From a bacterium (lineage in GTDB: Bacteria; UBP6; JAFGXH01), in contig JAMOQH010000172.1 in the NCBI GenBank assembly GCA_027064085.1, forward strand, positions 5,088 to 69,087: a DNA stretch of 64,000 bases. Reading direction: 5' to 3'. This document shows, piece by piece, positions 1-10,950 of the stretch. The notes under the pieces were generated by a model. It was not told the origin of the DNA and searched no databases. It saw nothing but the letters and a program-made list of their open reading frames with translations. The position numbers and the translations under genes were made by a program. How positions within the stretch are numbered: the first letter of the stretch is position 1; each line of letters opens with the position of its first letter.

Positions 1-1
1 T

Positions 2-1843
2 TTAGCTTCTTTTACAACTTCTGTAATAGTTGTTTCTAAGTTAGTTGGTCTACCAGAGGATAGTCGTTCCGTATCAATAGAAATTTTTAAATGGATTAAT
101 GTAGGTAGTTTTGGTGTTTCATTCTCGTTTACACTAGATCAATTATCTTCAATAATGCTTCTTGTGGTAACTGGTATTGGTGGACTAATTCATGTTTATT
201 CTGTTGGTTATATGAATGGAGACAAGTCATATAGTAGATTTTTTACATATTTAAATTTATTTATATTTGCAATGTTGTTGCTTGTACTTGGTTCTAATAT
301 GTTAATCATGTTTATTGGTTGGGAAGGAGTTGGATTAGCATCTTATCTATTGATTGGATTTTGGTTTGAAGATTCAGCTAATGCTGCTGCAGGAATGAAA
401 GCTTTTATTGTAAATAGAATTGGTGATTTTGGTTTCTTAATTGGAATGTTTATTTTGATTCTAACTATTGGAAACTTGGATTTTAATTCTATTAAGATCG
501 CTGTAGACTCTGGTATTATAACAGGTACAGTTGCTACAGTTGCAACTATGCTTTTCTTTGTGGGTGCAATGGGTAAAAGTGCTCAGATACCTCTATATGT
601 ATGGCTTCCTGATGCAATGGCTGGTCCTACTCCTGTATCTGCTTTAATTCATGCAGCCACAATGGTTACAGCTGGTGTATACATGGTTGTAAGATTAAAT
701 TTCTTATTTATTTTAGCTCCAGCAACAATGACTGTAATTGCATTAATTGGTGCTTTTACTGCATTTTTTGCCGCCTCAATTGCTTTAGTTCAAAATGATA
801 TTAAAAAAGTTCTTGCATATTCTACTGTATCCCAATTAGGTTATATGTTTTTGGGGGTTGGAGTTGGTGCTTTTGGTGGTGGTATTTTACATCTTGTAAC
901 ACATGCATTTTTTAAAGCTACTTTATTTCTTGGTGCTGGTTCTGTTATTATTGGAATGCATCACAATCAAGATATGAGAAATATGGGTGGGCTTAAGAAA
1001 AGAATGCCTATTACGCATTGGACTATGTTAATTGCAACGATTGCAATAACAGGAGTATTACCGTTTTCTGGATTTATTTCTAAGGATGAAATTATTTGGA
1101 GAGCATTTGCTTCTCATAATACTATAATTCCATGGATAAACTATGTATTATGGGGTCTTGGTGCATTGGCAGCAATGATGACTTCATTTTATATGTGGCG
1201 TCTTTATTATTTAACATTTCAAAGTGGAGAAACAAGACTTAAAGATCATCATGTAGTTGAGCATATTAAGGAATCTCCAAAGTCTATGACATTTGCATTA
1301 GTTGTATTATCCTTTTTTGCAATTGTTATAGGTTGGATAGGCTTACCTCATTTATTTTATCATGGAAAAGGCATTTTCAATAGTTTTCATAGGTGGTTAG
1401 AGCCTCTTGTTTCAGAAAGTGAAGCTAAAATTCATGTAGTTCATAATACTGGCCTAGAATGGACATTAATGATTGTTGTTAGTGTTCTTGTATATATTTC
1501 ATTCTTTTGGGCTAGAAAATGGTATAGAAAAGAAATTAGTGTAAATACAAAAATATGGGCAGAAGCATTAAAGCCTATTCATACTTTGCTCTATAATAAA
1601 TATTTTGTTGATGAGTTGTACTATTGGTTAATAGATAAATTAATATTACAATTTTCTCATAAAGTTTTATGGAAAACAATTGATTATATATTTATTGATA
1701 ATATTATTATAAATGGTTTAGTTGCAGGTGGAAGTAAAACACTTGGATTTCTTGTTGGTTTATTTCAAACAGGTAAATTACAGTTTTATGCTTTTGTAAT
1801 GGTTGCAGCATTTTTCTTCATTTTTTATTTTATGACTTTATAA
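2..1843 (+). CDS. nuoL: NADH-quinone oxidoreductase subunit L (5'-truncated by window edge)
   Basis: Frame is open from position 2; motifs GWEGVGLASYLLIGFW, KSAQIPLYVWLPDAMAGPTPVSALIHAATMV, DIKKVLAYSTVSQLGYM. Confidence 0.97.
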   Translation, partial: LASFTTSVIVVSKLVGLPEDSRSVSIEIFKWINVGSFGVSFSFTLDQLSSIMLLVVTGIGGLIHVYSVGYMNGDKSYSRFFTYLNLFIFAMLLLVLGSNMLIMFIGWEGVGLASYLLIGFWFEDSANAAAGMKAFIVNRIGDFGFLIGMFILILTIGNLDFNSIKIAVDSGIITGTVATVATMLFFVGAMGKSAQIPLYVWLPDAMAGPTPVSALIHAATMVTAGVYMVVRLNFLFILAPATMTVIALIGAFTAFFAASIALVQNDIKKVLAYSTVSQLGYMFLGVGVGAFGGGILHLVTHAFFKATLFLGAGSVIIGMHHNQDMRNMGGLKKRMPITHWTMLIATIAITGVLPFSGFISKDEIIWRAFASHNTIIPWINYVLWGLGALAAMMTSFYMWRLYYLTFQSGETRLKDHHVVEHIKESPKSMTFALVVLSFFAIVIGWIGLPHLFYHGKGIFNSFHRWLEPLVSESEAKIHVVHNTGLEWTLMIVVSVLVYISFFWARKWYRKEISVNTKIWAEALKPIHTLLYNKYFVDELYYWLIDKLILQFSHKVLWKTIDYIFIDNIIINGLVAGGSKTLGFLVGLFQTGKLQFYAFVMVAAFFFIFYFMTL

Positions 1844-1853
1844 GGGAAAAAAT

Positions 1854-3419
1854 ATGTTTGATTGGCTAACTTTTATTACATTATTCCCAATTATTGGTGT
1901 AATAATTCTATTTTTTATACCCAAAAACAATGGAACTGTAATTAAGAATATTGCATTAGTTGTTTCTGTAATAAATTTTTTATTCTCTCTTGTTTTATTG
2001 GTTGGTTTTAGAGCAAATGCCTCTATGCAATTTGAAATAAATAAAGTTTGGATTAAAAATTTAGGTATTAACTATCATATAGGAATAGATGGAATATCTA
2101 TTTTTATTGTTTTATTAACAACTTTTTTAACTCCGATTGTAATATTATCTGCTTATAATGTTCTTAAAGATCCAACATACAAAGATAAAGCTAAAGAATA
2201 TATGGCATTGTTATTAATATTAGAAACCGCTGTAATTGGTGCATTAATTTCATTAGATTTAATTTTATTTTATCTGTTTTGGGAAATGATGCTTATTCCA
2301 ATGTATTTTTTAATAGGTGTTTTTGGTGGAGAAAAAAGAACTTATGCCGCCTTAAAGTTTTTTATATATACTGCTGCTGGAAGTATTATGATGCTTGTAG
2401 CAATGTTTGTTTTATATATGAATGCAGGTGGAGTTTCTTTTGACTTGGCTTATATTATTTCTCATGTACATTTAACTGCCACAGAACAAGGTTTATTGTT
2501 TTTAGCTTTTTTTATTGCATTTGCTGTAAAGGTTCCAATGTTTCCATTACATACTTGGCTTCCTGATGCTCATGTTCAAGCTCCAACAGGTGGTTCTGTA
2601 ATATTAGCCGGTGTGTTGTTAAAAATGGGAACTTATGGTTTTATTAGATTTGCCATACCTTTATTTCCTAAGGTTGCTGTAAGCTATGCGGGAGTAATTG
2701 GTATATTTGCTGTAATTGGTATTATTTATGGTGCTCTTGTTGCTATGGTTCAAAAAGATGTTAAAAAACTAGTTGCTTACTCATCCATCAGTCATCTAGG
2801 TTTTGTTGTTTTAGGTATATTTGCATTTACAAATACAAGTATGACTGGGGCAATTTATCAAATGTTAAATCATGGTATTTCAACAGGTGCATTATTTTTG
2901 TTAGTTGGAATAATATACGAGAGAAGACATACTAAAGAGATTAAAGAATTTGGTGGGTTGACAAAAGTAATGCCTCTTTATGCTGTTATTTTCTTGATTG
3001 CAACCTTATCGTCAATTGCGTTACCTTTAACTAATGGTTTTGTTGGTGAATTTTTAATTTTATCAGGGACATATATTTCAAGAGTAATGCAATGGTCAAG
3101 TGTTTTAACCATTTTTGCCGCAACTGGAGTTATTTTTGGTGCAGCTTATATGCTTTGGATGTTTAAAAGGGTTATGTTTGGTCCATTGACAAATGAAAAA
3201 AATAAAAATTTAAAAGATTTAAATTTGAGAGAATTTACATATTTATTTCCTCTTATTGTGATGATTTTTGTTATGGGTATTTTCCCAAATTTTTTCTTAA
3301 AAAGAATAGAACCAAGTGTTAATTCCTTTATAGAAAATAATATTAATACTAGAGTTTATGCTAAAAATAGTAGAGTAACTCTAAAACTTACTAAAAATCA
3401 AAAAAGGAGTAAAAGATGA
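1854..3419 (+). CDS. nuoM: NADH-quinone oxidoreductase subunit M
   Basis: FYLFWEMMLIPMYFLIG, FAVKVPMFPLHTWLPDAHVQAPT; follows nuoL. Confidence 0.97.
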   Translation: MFDWLTFITLFPIIGVIILFFIPKNNGTVIKNIALVVSVINFLFSLVLLVGFRANASMQFEINKVWIKNLGINYHIGIDGISIFIVLLTTFLTPIVILSAYNVLKDPTYKDKAKEYMALLLILETAVIGALISLDLILFYLFWEMMLIPMYFLIGVFGGEKRTYAALKFFIYTAAGSIMMLVAMFVLYMNAGGVSFDLAYIISHVHLTATEQGLLFLAFFIAFAVKVPMFPLHTWLPDAHVQAPTGGSVILAGVLLKMGTYGFIRFAIPLFPKVAVSYAGVIGIFAVIGIIYGALVAMVQKDVKKLVAYSSISHLGFVVLGIFAFTNTSMTGAIYQMLNHGISTGALFLLVGIIYERRHTKEIKEFGGLTKVMPLYAVIFLIATLSSIALPLTNGFVGEFLILSGTYISRVMQWSSVLTIFAATGVIFGAAYMLWMFKRVMFGPLTNEKNKNLKDLNLREFTYLFPLIVMIFVMGIFPNFFLKRIEPSVNSFIENNINTRVYAKNSRVTLKLTKNQKRSKR

Positions 3420-4963
3420 TGCCTATAGAGCCTGGAATCCTAGAACAATTAGGAATGATTATTCCTCTATTGCTACTTGTAGTATTTGCATCTTCAATCT
3501 TATTAATAGATGTATTTGCAGAATCTGAGGATAGAGCCTATCTTGGATATTTAACTGCATTTTTTCTATTTGTAGTATTAATTTTTGTAGCTAAGGATTT
3601 TAATAATAATAATGTTTCAAGACAAATATTTCACAGTAGTATTGTTATTGATAAATTTGGTTTAATATTTACAGGGATATTTATTATTGCTGGTATATTA
3701 ACATCACTTGGTTCTATTGATTATTTGAAAAAATATGATATTGCAATTGGTGAGTTTTATAGTTTAATAATGTTTGCAATAACGGGTATGTCACTAATGG
3801 TCTTTTCAACATCATTAATGACTATTTTTGTAGCCTTGGAATTGATGTCTTTACCGATTTATGCTTTATCTGGACTATTTAGGGTAAATAATCGTTCATT
3901 AGAATCTAGTGTTAAATATTTTATTTTAGGTTCCGTTGCATCTTCTATATTATTGTTCGGAATGGTATTATTGTATGGTGCAACAGGTTCTGTTAACTTA
4001 GTTACAATTGGTAATGAAATTACAACTAAATATACAAATCTTAAAACTGTTCTTAGCTCAGATCCAATAATTATAATTGGAATGCTTATGGTTTTTATTG
4101 GTTTTATGTTTAAAACAGCAACGGCACCATTTCATATGTGGACCCCTGATGTATATGAAGGAGCACCAACTATTGTAACCGGATTTATGTCTGTTGCAGT
4201 AAAAGCAGCTGCTTTTGCAACATTTTTGAGAGTATTTGGTTTATCATTCAACAATGACGCCTTATTACATCTTGCAAATGGAGCTATCTCTAATACTTCT
4301 TGGATACAGGTATTAAATATTTTGGCTATTGCGACTGTTATTATTGGTAACTTAGTTGCATTAAATCAGCGAAATGTAAAAAGAATATTAGCGTATTCTG
4401 CAATTGCACATGCAGGTTATTTAATGATAGGTTTGGTTGGATATTTTATAACTAAAGACCCAATCACATATTCTGCTTTAGTTTTATATTTCTTGTCATA
4501 TACTTTTACTGGAATGGGAGCATTTATTGCTATTTCAATATTTGAACCAAAAGATACTAACAAGGTAATGTTAGATGATTTAAATGGGGCTGCTTATAAA
4601 AAACCTTTTGTTGCTGCAACTTTAGCAATTTTTATTTTTTCATTCGCAGGTATACCGCCAATGTCTGGATTTTTTGCAAAATTTTATTTGTTTAAATCAG
4701 CTTATGTAAATGCAGGGTTGCATATTCCTGTAATTATTGCATTGATTGCGTCAGTATTTTCAGTATACTATTATTTAAGAATTTTAGTTCATTTATATAT
4801 GAAAAAAGACTATGGTGATGTTGATGTAAAAGACTATAAAACAACAGCTGGTTCAGTTATTGCATTATCAATAGCAGGATTTTTTGTTTTATATATTGGT
4901 ATTTTACCAGATCAGTACATAACTATAATTAAACATAGTTTTCTTAGTTTAATTGGAGGTTAA
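3416..4963 (+). CDS. nuoN: NADH-quinone oxidoreductase subunit N
   Basis: ESSVKYFILGS, FKTATAPFHMWTPDVYEGAPT, KRILAYSAIAHAGY. Confidence 0.96.
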   Translation: MMPIEPGILEQLGMIIPLLLLVVFASSILLIDVFAESEDRAYLGYLTAFFLFVVLIFVAKDFNNNNVSRQIFHSSIVIDKFGLIFTGIFIIAGILTSLGSIDYLKKYDIAIGEFYSLIMFAITGMSLMVFSTSLMTIFVALELMSLPIYALSGLFRVNNRSLESSVKYFILGSVASSILLFGMVLLYGATGSVNLVTIGNEITTKYTNLKTVLSSDPIIIIGMLMVFIGFMFKTATAPFHMWTPDVYEGAPTIVTGFMSVAVKAAAFATFLRVFGLSFNNDALLHLANGAISNTSWIQVLNILAIATVIIGNLVALNQRNVKRILAYSAIAHAGYLMIGLVGYFITKDPITYSALVLYFLSYTFTGMGAFIAISIFEPKDTNKVMLDDLNGAAYKKPFVAATLAIFIFSFAGIPPMSGFFAKFYLFKSAYVNAGLHIPVIIALIASVFSVYYYLRILVHLYMKKDYGDVDVKDYKTTAGSVIALSIAGFFVLYIGILPDQYITIIKHSFLSLIGG

Positions 4964-4964
4964 T

Positions 4965-5324
4965 ATGTCAGAAACTTATATCCCAATGGTTTTAATGATT
5001 GCTATTGCTTTTGGGCTTGGTAGTGCATTGGTGTTGCTATCAGTAGTACTTGGTCCAAAATATCCAAGTGATGTAAAAGATTATCCTTTTGAATGTGGTC
5101 ATTTAATTGATTCAGATGGTGCAAGAAAGAAGCATTCTATTAAGTTTTATATGATTGCAATTATTTTCTTACTTTTTGATCTTGAAATTGTATTTATGTA
5201 TCCCTGGGCAACTGTTTTTAGAGAAATTGGTATAACTGCTCTTTTTGAAATGTTCTTCTTTTTAGGGATATTGGTTGTTGGATATATTTATGTATGGAAA
5301 AAAGGAGTACTTGAATGGGAGTAA
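4965..5324 (+). CDS. nuoA: NADH-quinone oxidoreductase subunit A
   Basis: PFECG loop, FYMIAIIFLLFDLE, KKGVLEWE end; start moved to the ATG after GGAGG. Confidence 0.95.
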   Translation: MSETYIPMVLMIAIAFGLGSALVLLSVVLGPKYPSDVKDYPFECGHLIDSDGARKKHSIKFYMIAIIFLLFDLEIVFMYPWATVFREIGITALFEMFFFLGILVVGYIYVWKKGVLEWE

Positions 5325-5857
5325 AAAATACTGGAATAGAAAATATACTAGGTGAGTCAGTTGTTTTAACAAGAGCTGAAAGTATTCTAAATTGGGCTAG
5401 AAAATGGTCTCTTTTTCAATTTCCTTTTGTTACTGCATGCTGTGGTATGGAGTTTATGTCTGTTTATGGCCCTCATTATGATGCTGCTAGATTTGGAGCA
5501 GAATATCCAAGATTTTCTCCTCGTCAAGCAGATTTATTATTTGTAGTAGGAACAATATCACATAAACAATTACCTATACTAAAAAATGTTTATGACCAAA
5601 TGTCTGATCCTAAATGGGTAATTTCCTTTGGTGCTTGTGCAAGTAGTGGTGGTTTTTATAATAATTATGCTACTGTTCAGGGGATAGATACTGTTATTCC
5701 TGTTGATGTTTATATTCCTGGTTGTCCGCCTAGACCTGAGGCGATTATGGATGCAATTATTAAGTTACAAGATAAAATACAACATGAAAAATATCAAAGT
5801 AGAAAATCTTATCCTGATTTAGGTAAAAATAATAAGCCAGGAGGAGAAAATGAGTAA
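5315..5857 (+). CDS. nuoB: NADH-quinone oxidoreductase subunit B
   Basis: TACCGMEF, SPRQAD, GACASSGG, DVYIPGCPPRPE (cluster N2 ligands). Confidence 0.97.
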   Translation: MGVKNTGIENILGESVVLTRAESILNWARKWSLFQFPFVTACCGMEFMSVYGPHYDAARFGAEYPRFSPRQADLLFVVGTISHKQLPILKNVYDQMSDPKWVISFGACASSGGFYNNYATVQGIDTVIPVDVYIPGCPPRPEAIMDAIIKLQDKIQHEKYQSRKSYPDLGKNNKPGGENE

Positions 5858-6329
5858 AATTGTATTAGATAAAGTTTTAAGAAAGTTTCCTGATGATATT
5901 ATTGATTCTCATAGTTATGTAGGAAATGAAACCGTCATTATTAAAAAAGAGGCATTACTAAAAGTATGCTCTTTTTTAAAGGATAATAGGCAGTTAATGA
6001 TAGATATGCTGGTTGATTTAACATGTGTAGATTATCCTCAAGAAACGGAACGATTTATGATGGTTTATCACTTTTATTCTACTGAAAATAAATATAGAAT
6101 TAGAATAAAAGCTCCTGTTTCTGAAGAAGAGCCTTTTATTGATTCTTTAACTTCTATTTGGAAAAATGCAAATTGGCCAGAAAGAGAAGTTTATGATATG
6201 TATGGAGTTAAGTTTAATGATCATCCTGATTTAACAAGAATATTAATGTATGAAGAATTTGAAGGACATCCATTAAGAAAAGATTATCCTATTACTAAAA
6301 GACAGCCTATTGTTGGCCCTTTAAATTAA
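5850..6329 (+). CDS. nuoC: NADH-quinone oxidoreductase subunit C
   Basis: ANWPEREVYDMYG, HPDLTRILM, GHPLRKDYP. Confidence 0.97.
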   Translation: MSKIVLDKVLRKFPDDIIDSHSYVGNETVIIKKEALLKVCSFLKDNRQLMIDMLVDLTCVDYPQETERFMMVYHFYSTENKYRIRIKAPVSEEEPFIDSLTSIWKNANWPEREVYDMYGVKFNDHPDLTRILMYEEFEGHPLRKDYPITKRQPIVGPLN

Positions 6330-6338
6330 GAGGAAAAG

Positions 6339-7547
6339 ATGACAGAAAATAAAATTACAAATAGAAATGCAGGAGATTTAGATACTTCGACTATGCATAT
6401 CAATATGGGGCCTTCTCATCCCGCAATGCATGGTGTTGTAAATATTCAAGTTGATGTAGATGGGGAAAAGGTTATTAATAGTAAACTTGAAATTGGTTAT
6501 CTTCATAGAGGATTTGAGAAATCTGCAGAGTATAAAACATATAAACAAGTAATTCCTTATACTGATAGATTAAATTATGTTTCTCCATTATTAAATAATT
6601 TTGGATATACTTTAGCTGTAGAAAAATTATTAGGCATTGATATTCCAAGAAGAACAAAATTTATTAGGGTTATAATGGGAGAAATCTCAAGGATTTCAGA
6701 TCATTTAACATGTAATGCTGCTGTTATGATGGAAAATGGAGGTTTTACTCCTTTTCTATATTACATGAAAGCAAGGGAATACCTTTATGCCCTAATTGAG
6801 AAAGTTACAGGTGCAAGATTAACTGTAAATTATTCAAGAATTGGTGGATTAAGAAATGACTTACCTGAAGGTTTTAAAGAAGAAACATTAAAAATATTTA
6901 CTGATATTGAAGAAATTCTAAAAGATGTTGATACTATGGTAACTAGAAATAGAATTTTTATGGATAGATGGAGGAATACAGGTATTTTAAGTAGGGAAGA
7001 TGCTATCGCATGGAATATAACTGGACCAGTTGGAAGAGCAAGTGGCTTTGATTATGATGTAAGAAGAGATCATCCTTATTTTGTTTATGATGAACTCGAA
7101 TTTGAAGTTCCTGTTGGTAAACATGGCGATACCTATGACAGATATCTTGTAAGAGAAGAGGAAATGCGTCAATCTATTAGTATTGTTAAGCAAGCACTTG
7201 AATTAATTCCCAAAGGGCCAATTTCTGTTGATGACCCACGAGTTACTATGCCTAAAAAAACTAAAGTTTATAACTCAATAGAGGGAATGATGACTAACTT
7301 TAAATTAGTTATAGAAGGTGTTAAAGTTCCTGCGGGTGAGATATATTCCTTTACTGAGGCAGGAAATGGAGAACTTGGATATTACATAGTATCAGATGGA
7401 ACAGGTAAACCATACAGAGTAAGGTTAAAACCACCTTGTTTTTATAATACACAAGCATTATCAGCTATGATTAAGGGTAACACTATTGCGGATATTATTC
7501 CTATCTTTGGAAGTATTAATATGATTGCAGGTGAGTTAGATAGATAA
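6339..7547 (+). CDS. nuoD: NADH-quinone oxidoreductase subunit D
   Basis: NMGPSHPAMHG, GYLHRGFEK, C-terminal GELDR. Confidence 0.97.
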   Translation: MTENKITNRNAGDLDTSTMHINMGPSHPAMHGVVNIQVDVDGEKVINSKLEIGYLHRGFEKSAEYKTYKQVIPYTDRLNYVSPLLNNFGYTLAVEKLLGIDIPRRTKFIRVIMGEISRISDHLTCNAAVMMENGGFTPFLYYMKAREYLYALIEKVTGARLTVNYSRIGGLRNDLPEGFKEETLKIFTDIEEILKDVDTMVTRNRIFMDRWRNTGILSREDAIAWNITGPVGRASGFDYDVRRDHPYFVYDELEFEVPVGKHGDTYDRYLVREEEMRQSISIVKQALELIPKGPISVDDPRVTMPKKTKVYNSIEGMMTNFKLVIEGVKVPAGEIYSFTEAGNGELGYYIVSDGTGKPYRVRLKPPCFYNTQALSAMIKGNTIADIIPIFGSINMIAGELDR

Positions 7548-7569
7548 ATTATTATTTAAGGGGTTGTAA

Positions 7570-9159
7570 ATGCCTACAATAAAAATAAATGGACAAGAGT
7601 TAACTGTTGAAAATGGAACAACAATACTTGAAGCTGCAAAGCAAATTGGAGTAGATATTCCTGTTTTTTGCTATCATGAAGGTCTTTCTGTTGCTGCAAA
7701 TTGTAGAATGTGCCTTGTTGAAGTAGAGCAAAATGGTAGAAAATTTCGTAATCCATTACCTGCATGTCATACTATGGTTGGTGATGGAATGGAAATTGAT
7801 ACAGAAAGTACTAATGTTAAAAAAATTAGAAAAGGAGTTTTAGAGTTCTTACTTTTAAATCATCCTATTGATTGTCCAATTTGTGACCAAGCAGGAGAAT
7901 GTTCTTTACAAAATCACTATATGGAATATGGACATTATGAATCAAGGCAGGAGTTTGAGAAAGTTAAGAAAAATAAAGCTACTCCTATAGGTAAAAATGT
8001 TATACTTGATAGTGAAAGATGTATTTTATGTTCAAGATGTGTTAGGTTCACTAATGAAGTAACTAAAACAAATGAAATGGTTATTTCAAACAGAGGAAAT
8101 CATTCCGAAATAGGGGTGTTTCCTGGTAAAACTCTTGATAATGATTATTCTATGTGTACTGTTGATATTTGTCCTGTTGGAGCATTGACTTCAAGAGATT
8201 TTAGATTTAAAAAGCGTGAGTGGTTCTTAACTAAAACAAATTCTATTTGCACTGGTTGTTCTAAAGGCTGTAATATTACAATAGAGTATGAGGCTAATGA
8301 TGTATATAGAATTAAACCTAGAGAAAATAAAGATGTAAATAAATGGTGGATGTGTGATTTTGGTAGAACAATAAAAAATGAAATAAATGATAATAGAGTT
8401 TTAAATGCACGAGTAAATAAAGATGAAAAAACTTACGAAGAAGCATTAAATTCTTTATTAGAATTATTAGATTCTTATAAAAAGAAAGAAAATAAAGTTG
8501 CAATAGTTATAAATGCTCATAATTCTACAGAGAATGCATTTGCAATAAAATATTTCTTTTCAAAGTATTTTAATATCAAAAATTTCTATATGGGAAATAA
8601 AAAAGATGGTAATTCTGATGATTTATTAATTAGAGCTGATAAAAATCCAAATAGAAAAGGTGTTAGTCTAGTAATTGGTGATACTAAAAGTGATTTATTA
8701 GATGATATATCTAAATATGAATTACTAATTCAATTTGGTTCGGAGTTAATTGAGCAATTTGATGAAAGTAAATTCAAAAACATCAAAAATTTTGTTGTTT
8801 TTGCCACAAATAAAAATAAAATAACGGATTTAGCATCTATAATTATTCCTAATAAGTCTATTGCAGAACAAACTGGAACTTTTATAAATGAAGATTCTAG
8901 AATGCAAAGATTTTTCCCTATGATAAATAATAAAACATATAAGCCAAGTGTAAATGGTGTTGTACAAATAGAAAGTGATAGAGATGATTTGCAAGAAATA
9001 TATAAATTAATTAGTGGAATATCCAAATTAGCTGGTTTTGATTTGAGATTAAACTCCATTTTTGATATTATGAATTTGATGAAAAAAGAATTAAAGCCTT
9101 TTGAAGACTTTAAATATAGTTCACTTGGTAAAAACGGTTTAATTATTGAAGGATTATAA
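7570..9159 (+). CDS. nuoG: NADH-quinone oxidoreductase subunit G (short form, 529 aa)
   Basis: CYH..CRMC..AC (N1b), HPIDCPICDQAGEC (N5), CILCSRC..CPVGAL (N4), CTGCSKGC..C (N7-type). Confidence 0.92.
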   Translation: MPTIKINGQELTVENGTTILEAAKQIGVDIPVFCYHEGLSVAANCRMCLVEVEQNGRKFRNPLPACHTMVGDGMEIDTESTNVKKIRKGVLEFLLLNHPIDCPICDQAGECSLQNHYMEYGHYESRQEFEKVKKNKATPIGKNVILDSERCILCSRCVRFTNEVTKTNEMVISNRGNHSEIGVFPGKTLDNDYSMCTVDICPVGALTSRDFRFKKREWFLTKTNSICTGCSKGCNITIEYEANDVYRIKPRENKDVNKWWMCDFGRTIKNEINDNRVLNARVNKDEKTYEEALNSLLELLDSYKKKENKVAIVINAHNSTENAFAIKYFFSKYFNIKNFYMGNKKDGNSDDLLIRADKNPNRKGVSLVIGDTKSDLLDDISKYELLIQFGSELIEQFDESKFKNIKNFVVFATNKNKITDLASIIIPNKSIAEQTGTFINEDSRMQRFFPMINNKTYKPSVNGVVQIESDRDDLQEIYKLISGISKLAGFDLRLNSIFDIMNLMKKELKPFEDFKYSSLGKNGLIIEGL

Positions 9160-9161
9160 TT

Positions 9162-10286
9162 ATGATTACAATTATTCTTTGGGCTCTTTTAAAAATAGTT
9201 ATTATAGTTGGTTTTACCATGGCAATGGCAGCTCTTTTAACTATTACCGATAGAAGAGAAAGTAGTATGATTCAGGACCGCCTTGGCCCTAATAGAGCAC
9301 CGCTGTTTAGTTCTGAAGTATGGAATGTTACTGGCAAGATTAGGTTGATAGGTATTGTTCATGTTATTGCAGATGCTTTAAAAATGATTTTTAAAGAAGA
9401 TTTTGCCGTTAAAAAAGGTAATAAGTTTATACATACAATATCTCCCATTTTGGCATTCTCTCCTGGTTTGGTTATATTAGCCGTTATACCTTTTGGTGGT
9501 ACAACTGCTGGTGGATTGAGTTTTCAAATTACTGATTTTGGACCAGGCGTATTGTTTGCTTTTGCTTTTGCTTCACTTGGTGTTTATGGTATTGCTTTGG
9601 CTGGTTGGTCTTCAAATAGTAAGTTTTCATTACTTGGTGGTATTAGGGCTACTTCTCAAATGATTTCTTATGAAGTCGCATTAGGATTAAGCTTAATGGG
9701 AATATTTTTAATATTTGGTACACTGAATTTAGGTGAAATTGTTCAAGGACAACAAGCATTAAATGCAAATGGAACCCCAGACTTACTATTTGGTTTCTTA
9801 CCTAAATGGGGTTTGTTTTTACAGCCTTTTGCATTGTTTTTATACTTTGCGGCTGCTACAGCAGAAACCAAAAGAGCTCCATTTGATGTTCCTGAAGCTG
9901 AATCAGAATTGGTTGCGGGTTTCTTTACAGAATATGGAAGTATGAAAATGGGGGCATTTTTATTTGGTGAATATATTGAAGTAATTATATTTTCCATGAT
10001 GTTTACTACCATGTTTCTAGGTGGATATCATTTGCCATATTTATATAGTGATGGTTTTCACTTTTTTGGTCATAATCTTGAAATAAATGCGACATTAGTT
10101 GCGATGATTCAATTGTTTACATTCTTTGGAAAAGTTATATTTGTAGCATGGTTTCATTTAGTAATTAGATGGACTCTTCCAAGATTTAGATATGACCAGG
10201 TTATAAATTTAGGTTGGAAGATGCTTTTTCCTGCTGCATTATTAAATATGGCAATTACTGCGATTGTTCTTACTTTTATTAAATAA
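9162..10286 (+). CDS. nuoH: NADH-quinone oxidoreductase subunit H
   Basis: QDRLGPNR, ADALKMIFKED, AETKRAPFDVPEAESELV, RWTLPRFRYDQ. Confidence 0.97.
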   Translation: MITIILWALLKIVIIVGFTMAMAALLTITDRRESSMIQDRLGPNRAPLFSSEVWNVTGKIRLIGIVHVIADALKMIFKEDFAVKKGNKFIHTISPILAFSPGLVILAVIPFGGTTAGGLSFQITDFGPGVLFAFAFASLGVYGIALAGWSSNSKFSLLGGIRATSQMISYEVALGLSLMGIFLIFGTLNLGEIVQGQQALNANGTPDLLFGFLPKWGLFLQPFALFLYFAAATAETKRAPFDVPEAESELVAGFFTEYGSMKMGAFLFGEYIEVIIFSMMFTTMFLGGYHLPYLYSDGFHFFGHNLEINATLVAMIQLFTFFGKVIFVAWFHLVIRWTLPRFRYDQVINLGWKMLFPAALLNMAITAIVLTFIK

Positions 10287-10295
10287 GGGGTTACA

Positions 10296-10838
10296 ATGAC
10301 TAAAAAAGGAAAGGTAATTTCAAAACATAAATATACATTTTGGGAAAAAATCTATTATCCTGAAATCATGAAGGGGGTTGGAGTTTCTTTGAAACACTTC
10401 TTTGGGAATATTAGAAAAAGAAAATATATTCCAACTCTTCAATATCCAGAAGAAAAACAAGAATATCCTGAGATTTTTAGGGGTCGTCACAGATTAATGG
10501 AAAGAGAAGATGGTAGTCTTAGATGTGTTGCATGTATGATGTGTGCAACTGCTTGTCCTGCAGAATGTATCTATATTGAATCAGAAGAAACTGATGACAA
10601 AAATATAGAGAAAAAGGCTAAAGTTTTTGTTATTGATGAATTAAGATGTGTATTTTGTGGTTTATGTGTAGAAGCATGTCCAACAGATGCAATTAGAATG
10701 GATACTAAAGAACATGTTCCTCCAGAATATTCAAGAGAGGCATTCGTTTATGATATGGAAATGTTATTAAATAAAGCAGGAAAATCTATTGCCATTCAAG
10801 GCGGAGATCCAAACTATATATTAAATCCTAAAAAATAA
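10296..10838 (+). CDS. nuoI: NADH-quinone oxidoreductase subunit I
   Basis: Two CxxCxxCxxxCP motifs, QYPEE, FRGRH. Confidence 0.96.
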   Translation: MTKKGKVISKHKYTFWEKIYYPEIMKGVGVSLKHFFGNIRKRKYIPTLQYPEEKQEYPEIFRGRHRLMEREDGSLRCVACMMCATACPAECIYIESEETDDKNIEKKAKVFVIDELRCVFCGLCVEACPTDAIRMDTKEHVPPEYSREAFVYDMEMLLNKAGKSIAIQGGDPNYILNPKK

Positions 10839-10889
10839 TTACCCAAAAATAAAATCTTATTGATAATTATTAAATTTACAGTATTTTAT

Positions 10890-10919
10890 TTGACAATATT
10901 ACTTATTAAGTGCTAGACT
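10890..10919 (+). promoter_or_regulatory. sigma70-type promoter of the pilB operon
   Basis: TTGACA (10890-95), 18-nt spacer, extended -10 TGcTAGACT (10911-19). Confidence 0.65.
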
Positions 10920-10950
10920 TTCGTGTTATTATTTTTAGGGAGCAAACTAA

